From the NCBI GenBank assembly GCA_015232365.1, contig JADFZU010000003.1:24708-88707 (forward strand): a DNA stretch of 64,000 nt, read 5' to 3'. The position numbers were made by a program, and so were the translations under genes. The stretch is from Magnetococcales bacterium (lineage in GTDB: Bacteria > Pseudomonadota > Magnetococcia > Magnetococcales > JADFYX01). This document shows positions 47,500 to 56,484 of the stretch, in pieces. How positions within the stretch are numbered: position 1 is the stretch's first letter; the number at the start of each line of letters is the position of its first letter. Under the pieces are notes generated by a model. It did not search any database. It was not told the DNA's origin and saw nothing but the letters and a program-made list of their open reading frames with translations.

Positions 47500-48411
47500 G
47501 TGGGAAAAAAAAGCAAAAAACCATCGGTTCTTATTGTCGATGACGTGCCTGAAAATTTGGACATACTAATAAACACTCTAAAAGGTGAATATACAGTACG
47601 TCTTGCAAAAAATGGCAAATTGGCTTTAAAGCTGGCGAAGGCAGAGCCACAACCTGATATTATTTTGCTGGATATCATGATGCAAGTCATGGATGGCTAC
47701 GAAGTATGCCAGCAGCTAAAAGCTGATAGCTCTACAGAGTTGATTCCCGTGGTATTTGTTACTGCAATGACCGCTGTGAAAGATATCAGCAAAGGGTTGG
47801 GACTTGGTGCACACTACTATTTGACAAAACCCATAGACCCACAAAACCTATTGGCTGTTGTCTCATCAGTACTAGAAAAACAGAAACATCTGCATGAGTT
47901 AAAAGAAAATAGCAATAAAACCATAGATACTTTTAGATTGATTCATAGCGGACTTTTTCATTTTAAAACCCTTGAAGAAGCCAGAAACCTGGCTATGCTT
48001 TTAGCCAAAACCTGCCCGTTCCCAGACAGGTGTTATGGTGGTCTAAAAGAGTTGATGCTCAATGCTGTTGAACACGGAAACCTTGGCATCACCTACTCCC
48101 AAAAAGACGGGATGGACGTGGCTGCTCTTGAAGAGGAAGTATCCCGCCGCTTGGCACTATCCAAATATGCCAATAAAACTGCATCCATTCTAATTGAACG
48201 TAGCGATAAAGAGATCCGCTTCTTGATATCGGATCAAGGTGATGGTTTTGACTGGCAAATATTTATGGAGTTTGATCCTGCACGTATTTTTGATACCCAT
48301 GGCCGGGGTATTGCCATGGCCAACTCTGCATTTTTTGATAGGGTTGAATACCGGGGAAACGGCAGTGAAGTTTTAGCTGTGATAAATATTGAGCCAATAG
48401 AATCTTTATAA
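47500..48411 (+). CDS. REC + RsbW/SpoIIAB-type GHKL ATPase (anti-sigma-like serine kinase) protein
   Basis: REC (VLIVDDVPENLD, LLDIMMQVMDG, LTKP). C-terminal N-box ELMLNAVEHGN, G1 DQGDGFD, G2 THGRGIAMAN, with no HisKA/H-box. GTG start, with SD AGAGGAG very close by. Confidence 0.7.
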   Translation: MGKKSKKPSVLIVDDVPENLDILINTLKGEYTVRLAKNGKLALKLAKAEPQPDIILLDIMMQVMDGYEVCQQLKADSSTELIPVVFVTAMTAVKDISKGLGLGAHYYLTKPIDPQNLLAVVSSVLEKQKHLHELKENSNKTIDTFRLIHSGLFHFKTLEEARNLAMLLAKTCPFPDRCYGGLKELMLNAVEHGNLGITYSQKDGMDVAALEEEVSRRLALSKYANKTASILIERSDKEIRFLISDQGDGFDWQIFMEFDPARIFDTHGRGIAMANSAFFDRVEYRGNGSEVLAVINIEPIESL

Positions 48412-48553
48412 CCAAAACTTCAATGCTCTATGATCCCTTTGTTTAGATGTCCAATAGTATGATTGATAAAAAAAGTTGATACATTGACAATAGCTTCAGT
48501 AAATTTACCCAAGGTTTGCTGTGCAACCCCCATATTTATAATGCAAGGCTGTT

Positions 48554-48709
48554 TTAAGGCTGGATAACAAGAGTCTTTTTATAGCAATTTATAGCCTTAT
48601 CCATCTGCCCTAGCTGATGAAAACATAACCCGGTTTGCAGTGCCTCTGCCGCTCTGCTCTTTCTGTCAGTAATTTCATTATTTAATCTGGAATTTTCTAA
48701 ATCTTCCAT
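48554..48709 (-). CDS. Possible 51-aa single-TPR-motif peptide or truncated TPR gene fragment
   Basis: MEDLENS...AEALQTGLCFHQLGQMDKAINCYKKTLVIQP-stop fits one TPR unit and ends where a second would begin. The longer track ORF overlaps the VWA gene. Weak SD. Confidence 0.2.
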   Translation of the reverse strand: MEDLENSRLNNEITDRKSRAAEALQTGLCFHQLGQMDKAINCYKKTLVIQP

Positions 48710-48728
48710 GATTAGACTCACACACTGT

Positions 48729-50960
48729 TTATTTAAGTGACTCAGCCAACCTGACCAAACCAATAAACTCAGCCCGGTAACCAAATTGATCTGCACCTTT
48801 ACCACTATTAGCCAGAGCAATGATATCCTTTTGGCTATACTCTCCAGTATATTTTCCGCCTCGGAGTTTTTGACCAAATGCAGCAACTGCAGCAGCAAAG
48901 CGCATATCGTCAGAGAGAGCCTCCACCCCTTTTAGAAGATCACCATCATCAATAGCTCTACTGATCAAGCGGCTTTTTGTCTCATTGGGGAGTTTGTAAC
49001 GCATTTTGAGAAATGCAAACTCTCCAACATTTGCACTGGATTTCTTACTTTCAGCAATTTTTTTACCATACCGTAAAGGTTCAACCAACTTCCCACCACC
49101 ATCGGCAAGAGCTACCTCATAGATAGCAGTCACAGTGTGGCCTGCTCCTATATCACCTGCATCCACTGCATCATTGTTAAAATCCTCACGACCAAGAAGA
49201 CGGGTCTCATAACCTATCAGGCGGTACTCAGAAATCCGCTCCGGGTTGAACTCCACCTGTATTTTAACATCTCTGGCGATAGGAAAAAGGTTGGCTGTCG
49301 CCTCTTCAACCAGAACTTTACGAGCTTCGTTCAGGTTATCTATATAGGCAGCAATACCGTTACCATTTTGGGCCAACTCCTGCATCAGGCGATCATTATA
49401 GTTGCCCTGCCCAAAGCCCAAAACTGAGAGAAAAACTCCACTTTTACGTTTTCGCTCAATCAAGCCTTTAAGGGCAGAAACATCAGTAGTACCAACGTTA
49501 AAATCACCATCAGTAGCCAGGATTACCCGGTTTACACCGCTTTTGTCAAAGTTCGCCTCTGCCAAAGAGTAGGCCAGTTTAATACCGGCTCCACCAGCAG
49601 TAGAACCTCCGGCTGTCAGTTTGTCCAGAGCCGTAACTATCTTATGCCGCTCTTTGACTGGGGTAGGCTCTAAAACTGTTCCTGCTGCACCGGCATAGAC
49701 AACAATTGCTACGGTGTCGTCCGGCTTCAGAGAGTCGACAAGAAGTTTTAAACCGTTTTTGAGAAGAGGTAGTTTATCCCTGGCCCCCATAGAGCCTGAA
49801 ACATCGATTAGAAACACCAGATTACTCTTTTTAACCGCTTTGGTTGCAGCAAAACCCTTGATACCGATATGAAGCAGACGGGTCTCTGGGTTCCAAGGGG
49901 TGGTATAGAGAGCTACAGATGGTTTAAATGGTCGGCTCTTATCGGTTGGGGCGGCATAATCATAGTCGAAATAGTTAAGCATCTCCTCAACTCTAACTGC
50001 AGCAGGTTGAGGCAGTCGTCCGGCATTGATCTGACGACGAACAAAACTATAAGAGGCGGTATCAACATCAACAGATAAAGTTGATACCGGTTTTTCAGTA
50101 GTAAGATGGACCGGATTTAACTCCAACTCTGCAAAACGGTCCCGCTCCTCACCATCAACCACAACCGTAGCTACATCATCCCGGCCATGGGCCAGCCTGG
50201 GCAGCTCCTCTACAATCTGGGTAGCACCAAATTGCTGCAGACCAATTCGTTTAGAGAGCATGGTGCTCTGCTCTCTCTGCCGGGCAATCCTGGCTGACTT
50301 CATCGCCATAACCGGAGCAGAAGGAGCGTAGGCTGCATTAGGAGCACTGCTAGCCATGCTAGAGCTGCCTAAATAACTAATGCCTCCACCCTCAGAGACA
50401 TCATAGTCAACCTGTGGAGGCATATAACTGTGGGCTATTCCAGGCTGGCTTGGTGGAAGAAAATGTGGTTGTGCAACTGCCGGAGCAACTTTCTTGGCAA
50501 CTGCACCTGACATAGGAACCGGCTCAGGTTGAGGCATATCTGCTGCTGGCTCTACAACCACCGCCTCAGGTTTTTGCGACAACTCTTTTTTGGCAAGAGT
50601 ATTTGTCAACTTTTGGGGCTGGGCCGGGACAAAATTATCCTGGCTCATACCGGGAACCTGCTTTTGAATCTGCGGGACTAAAACCACCACTAAACCTGCT
50701 AAAGCCAATGCAGTTGCTGCGGCCATCTGTCTAGAACTGATATCCATCATCCAATCTCCTATAAGTTTAAAAATATGGGCTGTTATAGAGATTAGACTGC
50801 CACTGGATGTAGATCCTTGGAATTTTTTTTCAGATTGTCGTTCAAAAGCCTCCATTGCAGCCTGAATAGCCATCTTTTTAGCAGTTTCACTGGCAGGAGG
50901 AGTCGGTTCGGCATTTAAAGCTTTGTTGATATCTGTATCTTTGAGATCTGTTTTTTTCAT
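48729..50960 (-). CDS. Membrane-anchored von Willebrand factor A (VWA) domain protein (YfbK-like), candidate anti-sigma factor
   Basis: Short cytoplasmic N-terminus and one TM (AAATALALAGLVVVLV), then a Pro-rich linker. VWA-family N-terminal region (VSTLSVDVDTASYSFVRRQI). VWA MIDAS motif LVFLIDVSGSM. Long C-terminal domain. Its start overlaps the sigma-factor stop (ATGA). Confidence 0.75.
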   Translation of the reverse strand: MKKTDLKDTDINKALNAEPTPPASETAKKMAIQAAMEAFERQSEKKFQGSTSSGSLISITAHIFKLIGDWMMDISSRQMAAATALALAGLVVVLVPQIQKQVPGMSQDNFVPAQPQKLTNTLAKKELSQKPEAVVVEPAADMPQPEPVPMSGAVAKKVAPAVAQPHFLPPSQPGIAHSYMPPQVDYDVSEGGGISYLGSSSMASSAPNAAYAPSAPVMAMKSARIARQREQSTMLSKRIGLQQFGATQIVEELPRLAHGRDDVATVVVDGEERDRFAELELNPVHLTTEKPVSTLSVDVDTASYSFVRRQINAGRLPQPAAVRVEEMLNYFDYDYAAPTDKSRPFKPSVALYTTPWNPETRLLHIGIKGFAATKAVKKSNLVFLIDVSGSMGARDKLPLLKNGLKLLVDSLKPDDTVAIVVYAGAAGTVLEPTPVKERHKIVTALDKLTAGGSTAGGAGIKLAYSLAEANFDKSGVNRVILATDGDFNVGTTDVSALKGLIERKRKSGVFLSVLGFGQGNYNDRLMQELAQNGNGIAAYIDNLNEARKVLVEEATANLFPIARDVKIQVEFNPERISEYRLIGYETRLLGREDFNNDAVDAGDIGAGHTVTAIYEVALADGGGKLVEPLRYGKKIAESKKSSANVGEFAFLKMRYKLPNETKSRLISRAIDDGDLLKGVEALSDDMRFAAAVAAFGQKLRGGKYTGEYSQKDIIALANSGKGADQFGYRAEFIGLVRLAESLK

Positions 50961-51502
50961 GAGCGATCTCCCATATCCAGACAGGTAGTAAGATGTTTTC
51001 TAGCTTCAGAAAGTCGCCAGGAAATTGTTCCCTCAGCACACTGCTGGGCCTCACCTGCTTGGAGATGGTTAAAACCTTCGCCGTGTACTAGAAGCACTGC
51101 CATTCGCAAACTGTCCGGCAGCAGAGCGATGCAGCGTCTTATCATGCTGGCAAAAAGAGAGTTTTCGGGGTTGCCGCTTGCAGCCTGAAACTGGTCAAGA
51201 TCCCAGGCGGTATCCTCCCTCTGATCCCGGCTAGTTTTTTTCCGGTGAAAATCCCTGGCAGCGTTTAATGTTATGCCGTAAAGCCAGCTAGAAAATGCCG
51301 CCTCCCCCCGGTAGCCATTAATAGCTCCTGCCAGTTTGACACACACATCTTGAGCCACCTCTTCTGCATCCTCTTTTAGTCCGCTCCAACGATATGCAAG
51401 TTTATAAATCGCACTATAGTGACGCTCTAAAAGAGTGGAAAAGGCTGCCCTATCGCCATTTTGTGCCAACTCCACCAATCTGCCATCATCACATGCTTCC
51501 AT
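50957..51502 (-). CDS. ECF-type sigma-70 family RNA polymerase sigma factor
   Basis: Region 2 (DRAAFSTLLERHYSAIYKLAYRWSG...DAEEVAQDVCVKL, SWLYGITLNAARD) and region 4 (LPDSLRMAVLLVHGEGFNHLQAGEAQQCAEGTISWRLSEARKHL). The ATG at 51502 has GGAGG 4 nt upstream. The track start at 51523 is a GTG. Confidence 0.85.
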   Translation of the reverse strand: MEACDDGRLVELAQNGDRAAFSTLLERHYSAIYKLAYRWSGLKEDAEEVAQDVCVKLAGAINGYRGEAAFSSWLYGITLNAARDFHRKKTSRDQREDTAWDLDQFQAASGNPENSLFASMIRRCIALLPDSLRMAVLLVHGEGFNHLQAGEAQQCAEGTISWRLSEARKHLTTCLDMGDRS

Positions 51503-51777
51503 GCAGCCTCCAAAAACCAACACGGGTAAAATTTAACTTCTTACACATTTTAGATGCAATAGAGACAGAGATCCTTGGAATTTTATATATACTAAATGTT
51601 CTGTTGATAAGATTAGTATACACCTAATTGAGTTAAAAAGAGAGCCAGTATTTATTGTGGAAAAGATCTTTTTTCACTGTTGACGTTGTTAGCTGGAAGA
51701 TGAAGAGCTTTAGCCGTAATATCTCATAGTGTCTATACTGGTCATTGACAAACAGCTACTTAACCAAGGGAAACAGA

Positions 51778-52374
51778 GTGGAAAAAACCGTTGCTGTACT
51801 ACTAGCTGGAGGGAGGTCACGGCGTATGGGAGGCAGAGAGAAAAGCCTGCTCGCATTTGCCGATACAACCCTGATTCACCACATCTACAAACGTCTAGCT
51901 CCTCAAGTTGACAAGGTGGTAATAAGTGCTAACGGCAACCCAGAACGCTTTGCAATGGCGGATATTCCAGTAGTTCCTGATCTACGCCAGGACAGAGCTG
52001 GACCTCTTGCCGGTTTGGAGGCGGTTATGACTGTTTATAACGCACCATGGTTTCTAACCGTTCCCAGTGATACCCCAATGATTCCACTTGATCTGCTCAA
52101 GGGGCTAGGCAGTAAAATTACTATTGACAAAAAAAAGGTTGTTATAGCTAAAAGTGGTCAGCGACACCACCATGTTATCGGCCTATGGCCCAGAGAGGTG
52201 TTGCCACTCATCAGCAAGGCGTTAGATGATGATCAACGGGCTATTAAACATTGGCTGGCGGCTAATCCACATCAGGTGGTGGAGTTTGCATTTTCCCAAG
52301 ATGGCAGCGACCCATTTTTTAATATCAATACCCCTGAAGAGCTGCTACTTGCAAAAGCTAAATTTTCCCTCTAG
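51778..52374 (+). CDS. mobA: Molybdenum cofactor guanylyltransferase
   Basis: VAVLLAGGRSRRMGGREKSLL is the MobA signature, with a later PDLRQDRAGPLAGL. The GTG at 51778 has AAGGGA 6 nt upstream. The track start is the TTG at 51745. Confidence 0.8.
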   Translation: MEKTVAVLLAGGRSRRMGGREKSLLAFADTTLIHHIYKRLAPQVDKVVISANGNPERFAMADIPVVPDLRQDRAGPLAGLEAVMTVYNAPWFLTVPSDTPMIPLDLLKGLGSKITIDKKKVVIAKSGQRHHHVIGLWPREVLPLISKALDDDQRAIKHWLAANPHQVVEFAFSQDGSDPFFNINTPEELLLAKAKFSL

Positions 52375-52414
52375 ACCGGATGACGCACAAATTATACCCG
52401 GGCTAGCAGCCAAA

Positions 52415-54304
52415 TTAATACTGCTGATCATCCCACATATCTTTGGTAAAGCGTACAGATTTATTCCGCCCGCTCTCTTTGGCTTTATAGAGAGCAACGT
52501 CAGCATATTTAAGAGTTTTCCAAAACCCATCCTCATCTTCAGGATAGATGCTAATTCCAATACTGATGGTTTTTTTGATTGGCGACTGGCCTTTTACCTG
52601 AAACTCTGTCGACTCAACCTGTTTACGCAGTTTTTCGGCTAGCCCCATCACCTCATCAGCCTCTATATCCACCAGGATAATAATAAACTCCTCGCCGCCA
52701 AAACGGACAACCAGATCAGACTGCCTGACTGTCTCTTGAAGTATAGTGGCAGTTTTTTTCAGCACCTCATCACCAACATCATGACCGTAGGTGTCGTTCA
52801 CCTGCTTGAAGAAATCCAGATCACACATCAACAAGCCGATTTTTTTGCCCCGGCGTTTACTACCAGAGCATAAATTGTTGGCACACTCTTGGAGAAAACG
52901 CCGATTGTGCAGACCGGTCATGGGATCAACCAGAGTTGAAGCACGCAAGGAGGCTGTCAACCGTTTTGCTTCAACAACAGGTAACGCCTCTTTAATGAAC
53001 TGGGATGCTTTATCAATTTGAATGGCAACTGTCTCTCTATCAAACCTCTCCTTACGATCATCTAAGACAAACTGCACTACACCAATAATTCCTCCTCCTA
53101 TAGCCATTGGAATACAGACATGTTCCATGGCCTCATCCAGATGGAGAAACTGTTTACACACTTTATTAAAAGCCAGTGAGGAGATTGGGTGACCTGTTCT
53201 CTTGGCTTTACACATTCCACACTTTTCCATTATATCTGGACTACAGTGGATATCCTGCTCTTGAAGGTTCAGAGGGTAGACCACCTTCATTACATCATGA
53301 CCCTCATCCACCTCATAGATAACCACGGTAGGAAAGCCAATATCAACAACAAGCACATCCCAAAGCCTGGAGTAGACCTCATCGCAGGTCTCATCCTCTT
53401 CTATCACTTTGCGAAAGCGGCTAAGGTCACTGATAGAGTCCATTAACGCATTAAACTCGAAAGAGAGAGTTCCAATCTCATCAGACGAGTTGATTGCAAT
53501 ACACTGGGTCTGGTCAAGATTGCCACGACCTTGAGCCACCTCTTGCAGTCCAGCAATCACTTTTACCAGGCGTTTGGTGATACTCTGGCCGATTATATAG
53601 GCTACCAACATAGTGACAACAGCAAAAAAGGCCGCCATAGCCATTGTGATCAACCTGAGGCCAGCGACAACCCGTTCAACCTCTTTCATGTCAATATTAC
53701 TTACAACAATCCAACCCCAGGGTTTAAACTCCTTTAGATAAGATATTTTTTTCAGAAGAGCACCTTCCTCTACGACAGCTTCAGGCCATGAGTGTTCAAC
53801 AAACCTACCTTCCAGACTTTTAGAAGCTTTGACAAACTCACTAAAAATAAACTTGCCGTTTGGGTCAGATATTGAAGCTAAATCTTTACCCTCAAGCTCT
53901 GGCATAAGAGGATGCAGCACCATAACCGGGGTCTCATCTATTATCAAAAAAACCTCATTTTTCCGGTAACGGATCTGCCTTATAAGATCAATAGCCTGTT
54001 TTTTTGCATCTTTTCTATTGTAGACTCCACTACTCTCCAACTGCTGAAAATGGTCCAAGATACCGTAGACCACACTCACAGTCTGCACTGTTGCCTTCTT
54101 CTCCCCCTCCATCACCCGTTTTTCGACATAAGGGAGAAAAAATAGAACTGTAACAGCAAGAATAAGTGCAACACCAAGAAAGGAAATGAAAGGAATTTTT
54201 ACTTTAATCGACCAGTTGCGAACAGACCATAAGCCGAATGAACCAATAGAACTATTCATCTTACGAAACTTGGTCATTTCAGATTTATTGCAGCTATCAA
54301 TCAT
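52415..54304 (-). CDS. TM - single Cache (sCache_2-like) - TM - HAMP - GAF-like - GGDEF diguanylate cyclase
   Basis: Cache-like region RKDAKKQAIDLIRQIRYRKNEVFLIIDETPVMVLHPLMPELEGKDL...KPWGWIVVS. HAMP (ITKRLVKVIAGLQEVAQG). GGDEF with GGEEF and an RQSD I-site. Confidence 0.8.
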   Translation of the reverse strand: MIDSCNKSEMTKFRKMNSSIGSFGLWSVRNWSIKVKIPFISFLGVALILAVTVLFFLPYVEKRVMEGEKKATVQTVSVVYGILDHFQQLESSGVYNRKDAKKQAIDLIRQIRYRKNEVFLIIDETPVMVLHPLMPELEGKDLASISDPNGKFIFSEFVKASKSLEGRFVEHSWPEAVVEEGALLKKISYLKEFKPWGWIVVSNIDMKEVERVVAGLRLITMAMAAFFAVVTMLVAYIIGQSITKRLVKVIAGLQEVAQGRGNLDQTQCIAINSSDEIGTLSFEFNALMDSISDLSRFRKVIEEDETCDEVYSRLWDVLVVDIGFPTVVIYEVDEGHDVMKVVYPLNLQEQDIHCSPDIMEKCGMCKAKRTGHPISSLAFNKVCKQFLHLDEAMEHVCIPMAIGGGIIGVVQFVLDDRKERFDRETVAIQIDKASQFIKEALPVVEAKRLTASLRASTLVDPMTGLHNRRFLQECANNLCSGSKRRGKKIGLLMCDLDFFKQVNDTYGHDVGDEVLKKTATILQETVRQSDLVVRFGGEEFIIILVDIEADEVMGLAEKLRKQVESTEFQVKGQSPIKKTISIGISIYPEDEDGFWKTLKYADVALYKAKESGRNKSVRFTKDMWDDQQY

Positions 54305-54499
54305 CTTATAAATATCCTAATTATTTTAGCAAAACATTAAAACCATTAGGCAAATTATACTCCGCCAAAAGCCTGATAAACTTTTTTAATATTCTCAACT
54401 TATAACCATACTGGACATAATAGTAATTGTACTACAACATCAATTAATTAAAAAGTGATGCCTCTCCTGAAGTTATATTTTCATGCTTTTGCACAATTT

Positions 54500-54528
54500 T
54501 TAATGAAAAATTATATTTGTGCTATACT
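54500..54528 (+). promoter_or_regulatory. Candidate extended -10 sigma-70 promoter for the cNMP-GGDEF gene
   Basis: TTAATG (54500-54505), a 17-nt spacer ending in TGc, then TATACT (54523-54528). This would give a leader of roughly 140 nt. By-eye match only. Confidence 0.25.
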
Positions 54529-54673
54529 CTGACTCAAGATTTAGAGCAGGAAAATACTAGCAACTTAAACACGAACCATATAAAAAATGATGAAAGCACT
54601 TTTTAAACCGGATATTTCAATCTCTGTATGTAATAAAAAACAGACTCCACAGTAAAAAGGTATCAGACAAGCC

Positions 54674-55639
54674 ATGTCACTACCAAACCCTAAAATTACT
54701 GAACATATTGACATAATTAAAAACTGTAAACTTTTTGAGAGAATTGCACCGAAAGTCTATCAAAAAGATATTGAACGTTGCGATGTTATTCTTGTCGATA
54801 CCAATGAGGTCGTAATTGATATTGGTAGTGACAATAGCAATACGTATATGGTTCTTGATGGAGTTTTATCAATACATCTAGAGAAGCTCGACAATACACC
54901 AATTCGCTATGTCAAGAGTGGTGAAACAGTTGGGGAGTTGTCTCTTTTGGGTGAGACAAAAGCCACAGCAATAGTTACTGCCTGCAACCCTTGTCACCTT
55001 CTGGTCATTCCCAGAAAATTAATGTGGGGACTGATTCGCAGGTCGGCTCACGTCTCACAAAATCTGCTCTTTATCCTGACTGACTGGATAATATTGGACA
55101 ACGAACGGTTTATAGACCGCACAAAAGAGGTAGAAAATCTTAAAAATTTAAGTCAGCTCGATGGGCTTACCGGATTGATTAACAGAAGGGAACTGGATAA
55201 AATAATCAACAGGATCTACACCCGTAGCCAGATGAGCGGCAATCCGTTTTCTATTATCATGATTGATGTGGATCATTTTAAAAAATATAATGACAACAAC
55301 GGCCATCAAGGTGGCGATCAGGCACTAATTGCACTGGCTAATGTATTAAAAGAGGAGATTCGCCCTGGAGATATTGCTGGCCGTTATGGTGGCGAAGAGT
55401 TTACTGTTGTGCTGCCGGACTCAACAGCAAATGATGCACTCCACGTTGCCGAACGACTACGCAAGGCAACAGAGATAAAACCTATTATAAGCACAAAAGG
55501 CACCAGCCTACCTTCAATAACTGTCTCCATTGGCATTGGCGAATCAACCAACGACAGCAACATTGAAGATCTTATCAAGCTGGCTGACAGCAATCTCTAC
55601 AAGGCCAAAAAAAGTGGTAGAAACTGCTGCTGCCTATAA
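54674..55639 (+). CDS. Cyclic-nucleotide-binding (cNMP) domain - GGDEF diguanylate cyclase
   Basis: The cNMP-binding pattern GETVGELSLLGETKATAIVTA, then GGDEF with GGEEF and an RPGD I-site. Confidence 0.8.
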   Translation: MSLPNPKITEHIDIIKNCKLFERIAPKVYQKDIERCDVILVDTNEVVIDIGSDNSNTYMVLDGVLSIHLEKLDNTPIRYVKSGETVGELSLLGETKATAIVTACNPCHLLVIPRKLMWGLIRRSAHVSQNLLFILTDWIILDNERFIDRTKEVENLKNLSQLDGLTGLINRRELDKIINRIYTRSQMSGNPFSIIMIDVDHFKKYNDNNGHQGGDQALIALANVLKEEIRPGDIAGRYGGEEFTVVLPDSTANDALHVAERLRKATEIKPIISTKGTSLPSITVSIGIGESTNDSNIEDLIKLADSNLYKAKKSGRNCCCL

Positions 55640-55661
55640 GTGTATGGATAATATGTAATAA

Positions 55662-55826
55662 ATGATCATGCGTATTATAATAATTCTGGTTATACTCTAT
55701 GCAATTGTCTCTTTTGTTCTATGGAAACGTGGCATACAGATAGGCCTGACTGCCAAAGGAAGAACAGCTCTATTTAGAGGGATGCTTATAGCCATCAGGC
55801 TGTTTTTGCGAAGGTTTGGTTTGTAA
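55662..55826 (+). CDS. Possible 54-aa small membrane protein
   Basis: MIMRIIIILVILYAIVSFVLWKRG...IAIRLFLRRFGL has two hydrophobic segments. It is below the track's size cut-off, and no clear SD is present. Confidence 0.2.
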   Translation: MIMRIIIILVILYAIVSFVLWKRGIQIGLTAKGRTALFRGMLIAIRLFLRRFGL

Positions 55827-55843
55827 ACTAGAAGCACAACATT

Positions 55844-56266
55844 TCATCTTATAAATGCAGATTTATCCATAAAAGGGGGGAAAATCTTCCCCTGGTCAGC
55901 CAACAGCCTTACTACTGCGGTTATAGTTCTCTGTGCCTCATCAACCTCACTACGTGGCTTTGGTCCCAACATAGTCAACTCTTCGGTTAATATAGCCCCG
56001 GCCCTTTGCGACATATTTTTAATAATTTTATCCACCAACTGCCTGTCGGCCCCTTTTAATGCTATTGGCAGCAGTGGGTTTGGAATCTCCTGCAAAAGAG
56101 TCTTCAGATCACTATCTTCAAGTTTTAACAGATCTTCAAATCTAAATAGAGAGGAGCATATTGCTTGGCAAAGAGGCGGGTCCCTGCTGGAAATATAGTC
56201 AATAACCCCCTCGGCTGACTCTCTATCCAGCAGGTTTATTATCTTGGCTACTTTTTCAATACTCAT
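55844..56266 (-). CDS. Stand-alone FliG C-terminal-domain-like protein
   Basis: FRFEDLLKLEDSDLKTLLQEIPNPLLPIALKGADRQLVDKIIKNMSQRAGAILTEELTMLGPKPRSEVDEAQRTITAVVRLLADQGKI matches the FliG_C pattern (F.FEDL..LDD..IQ..L.EV....L..ALKGA...L.....NMS.RAA..L.EDLE..GPVR.S.VE.AQ..I....R.L...GEI). It is only 140 aa. Confidence 0.7.
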   Translation of the reverse strand: MSIEKVAKIINLLDRESAEGVIDYISSRDPPLCQAICSSLFRFEDLLKLEDSDLKTLLQEIPNPLLPIALKGADRQLVDKIIKNMSQRAGAILTEELTMLGPKPRSEVDEAQRTITAVVRLLADQGKIFPPFMDKSAFIR

Positions 56267-56484
56267 AAAATATTCGGGACTAAATCAATGGTTTGTGCCA
56301 AATGCTTGCCTCGAACTTACGATTCAAGGTTTATACCCTTTAGCGGTTGTCTCAAGCAAGTTTCTGCTCTATCTTCAAAGCCACATTGGAGAGCTACAAT
56401 TTTCCGGCTTTGTGCTCTTGGCAACAACTGGATAGAGAATATACGAACAAAAAAAGATTAATTCCCATAATTAAGGATTAGATA

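Noticed and set aside
48554-48898. Full 114-aa version of the minus-strand ORF downstream of the VWA gene
   Set aside because: Its first 63 codons overlap the 3' end of the VWA gene in another frame. Only the non-overlapping 51-codon part (from the ATG at 48709) is kept, at low confidence.
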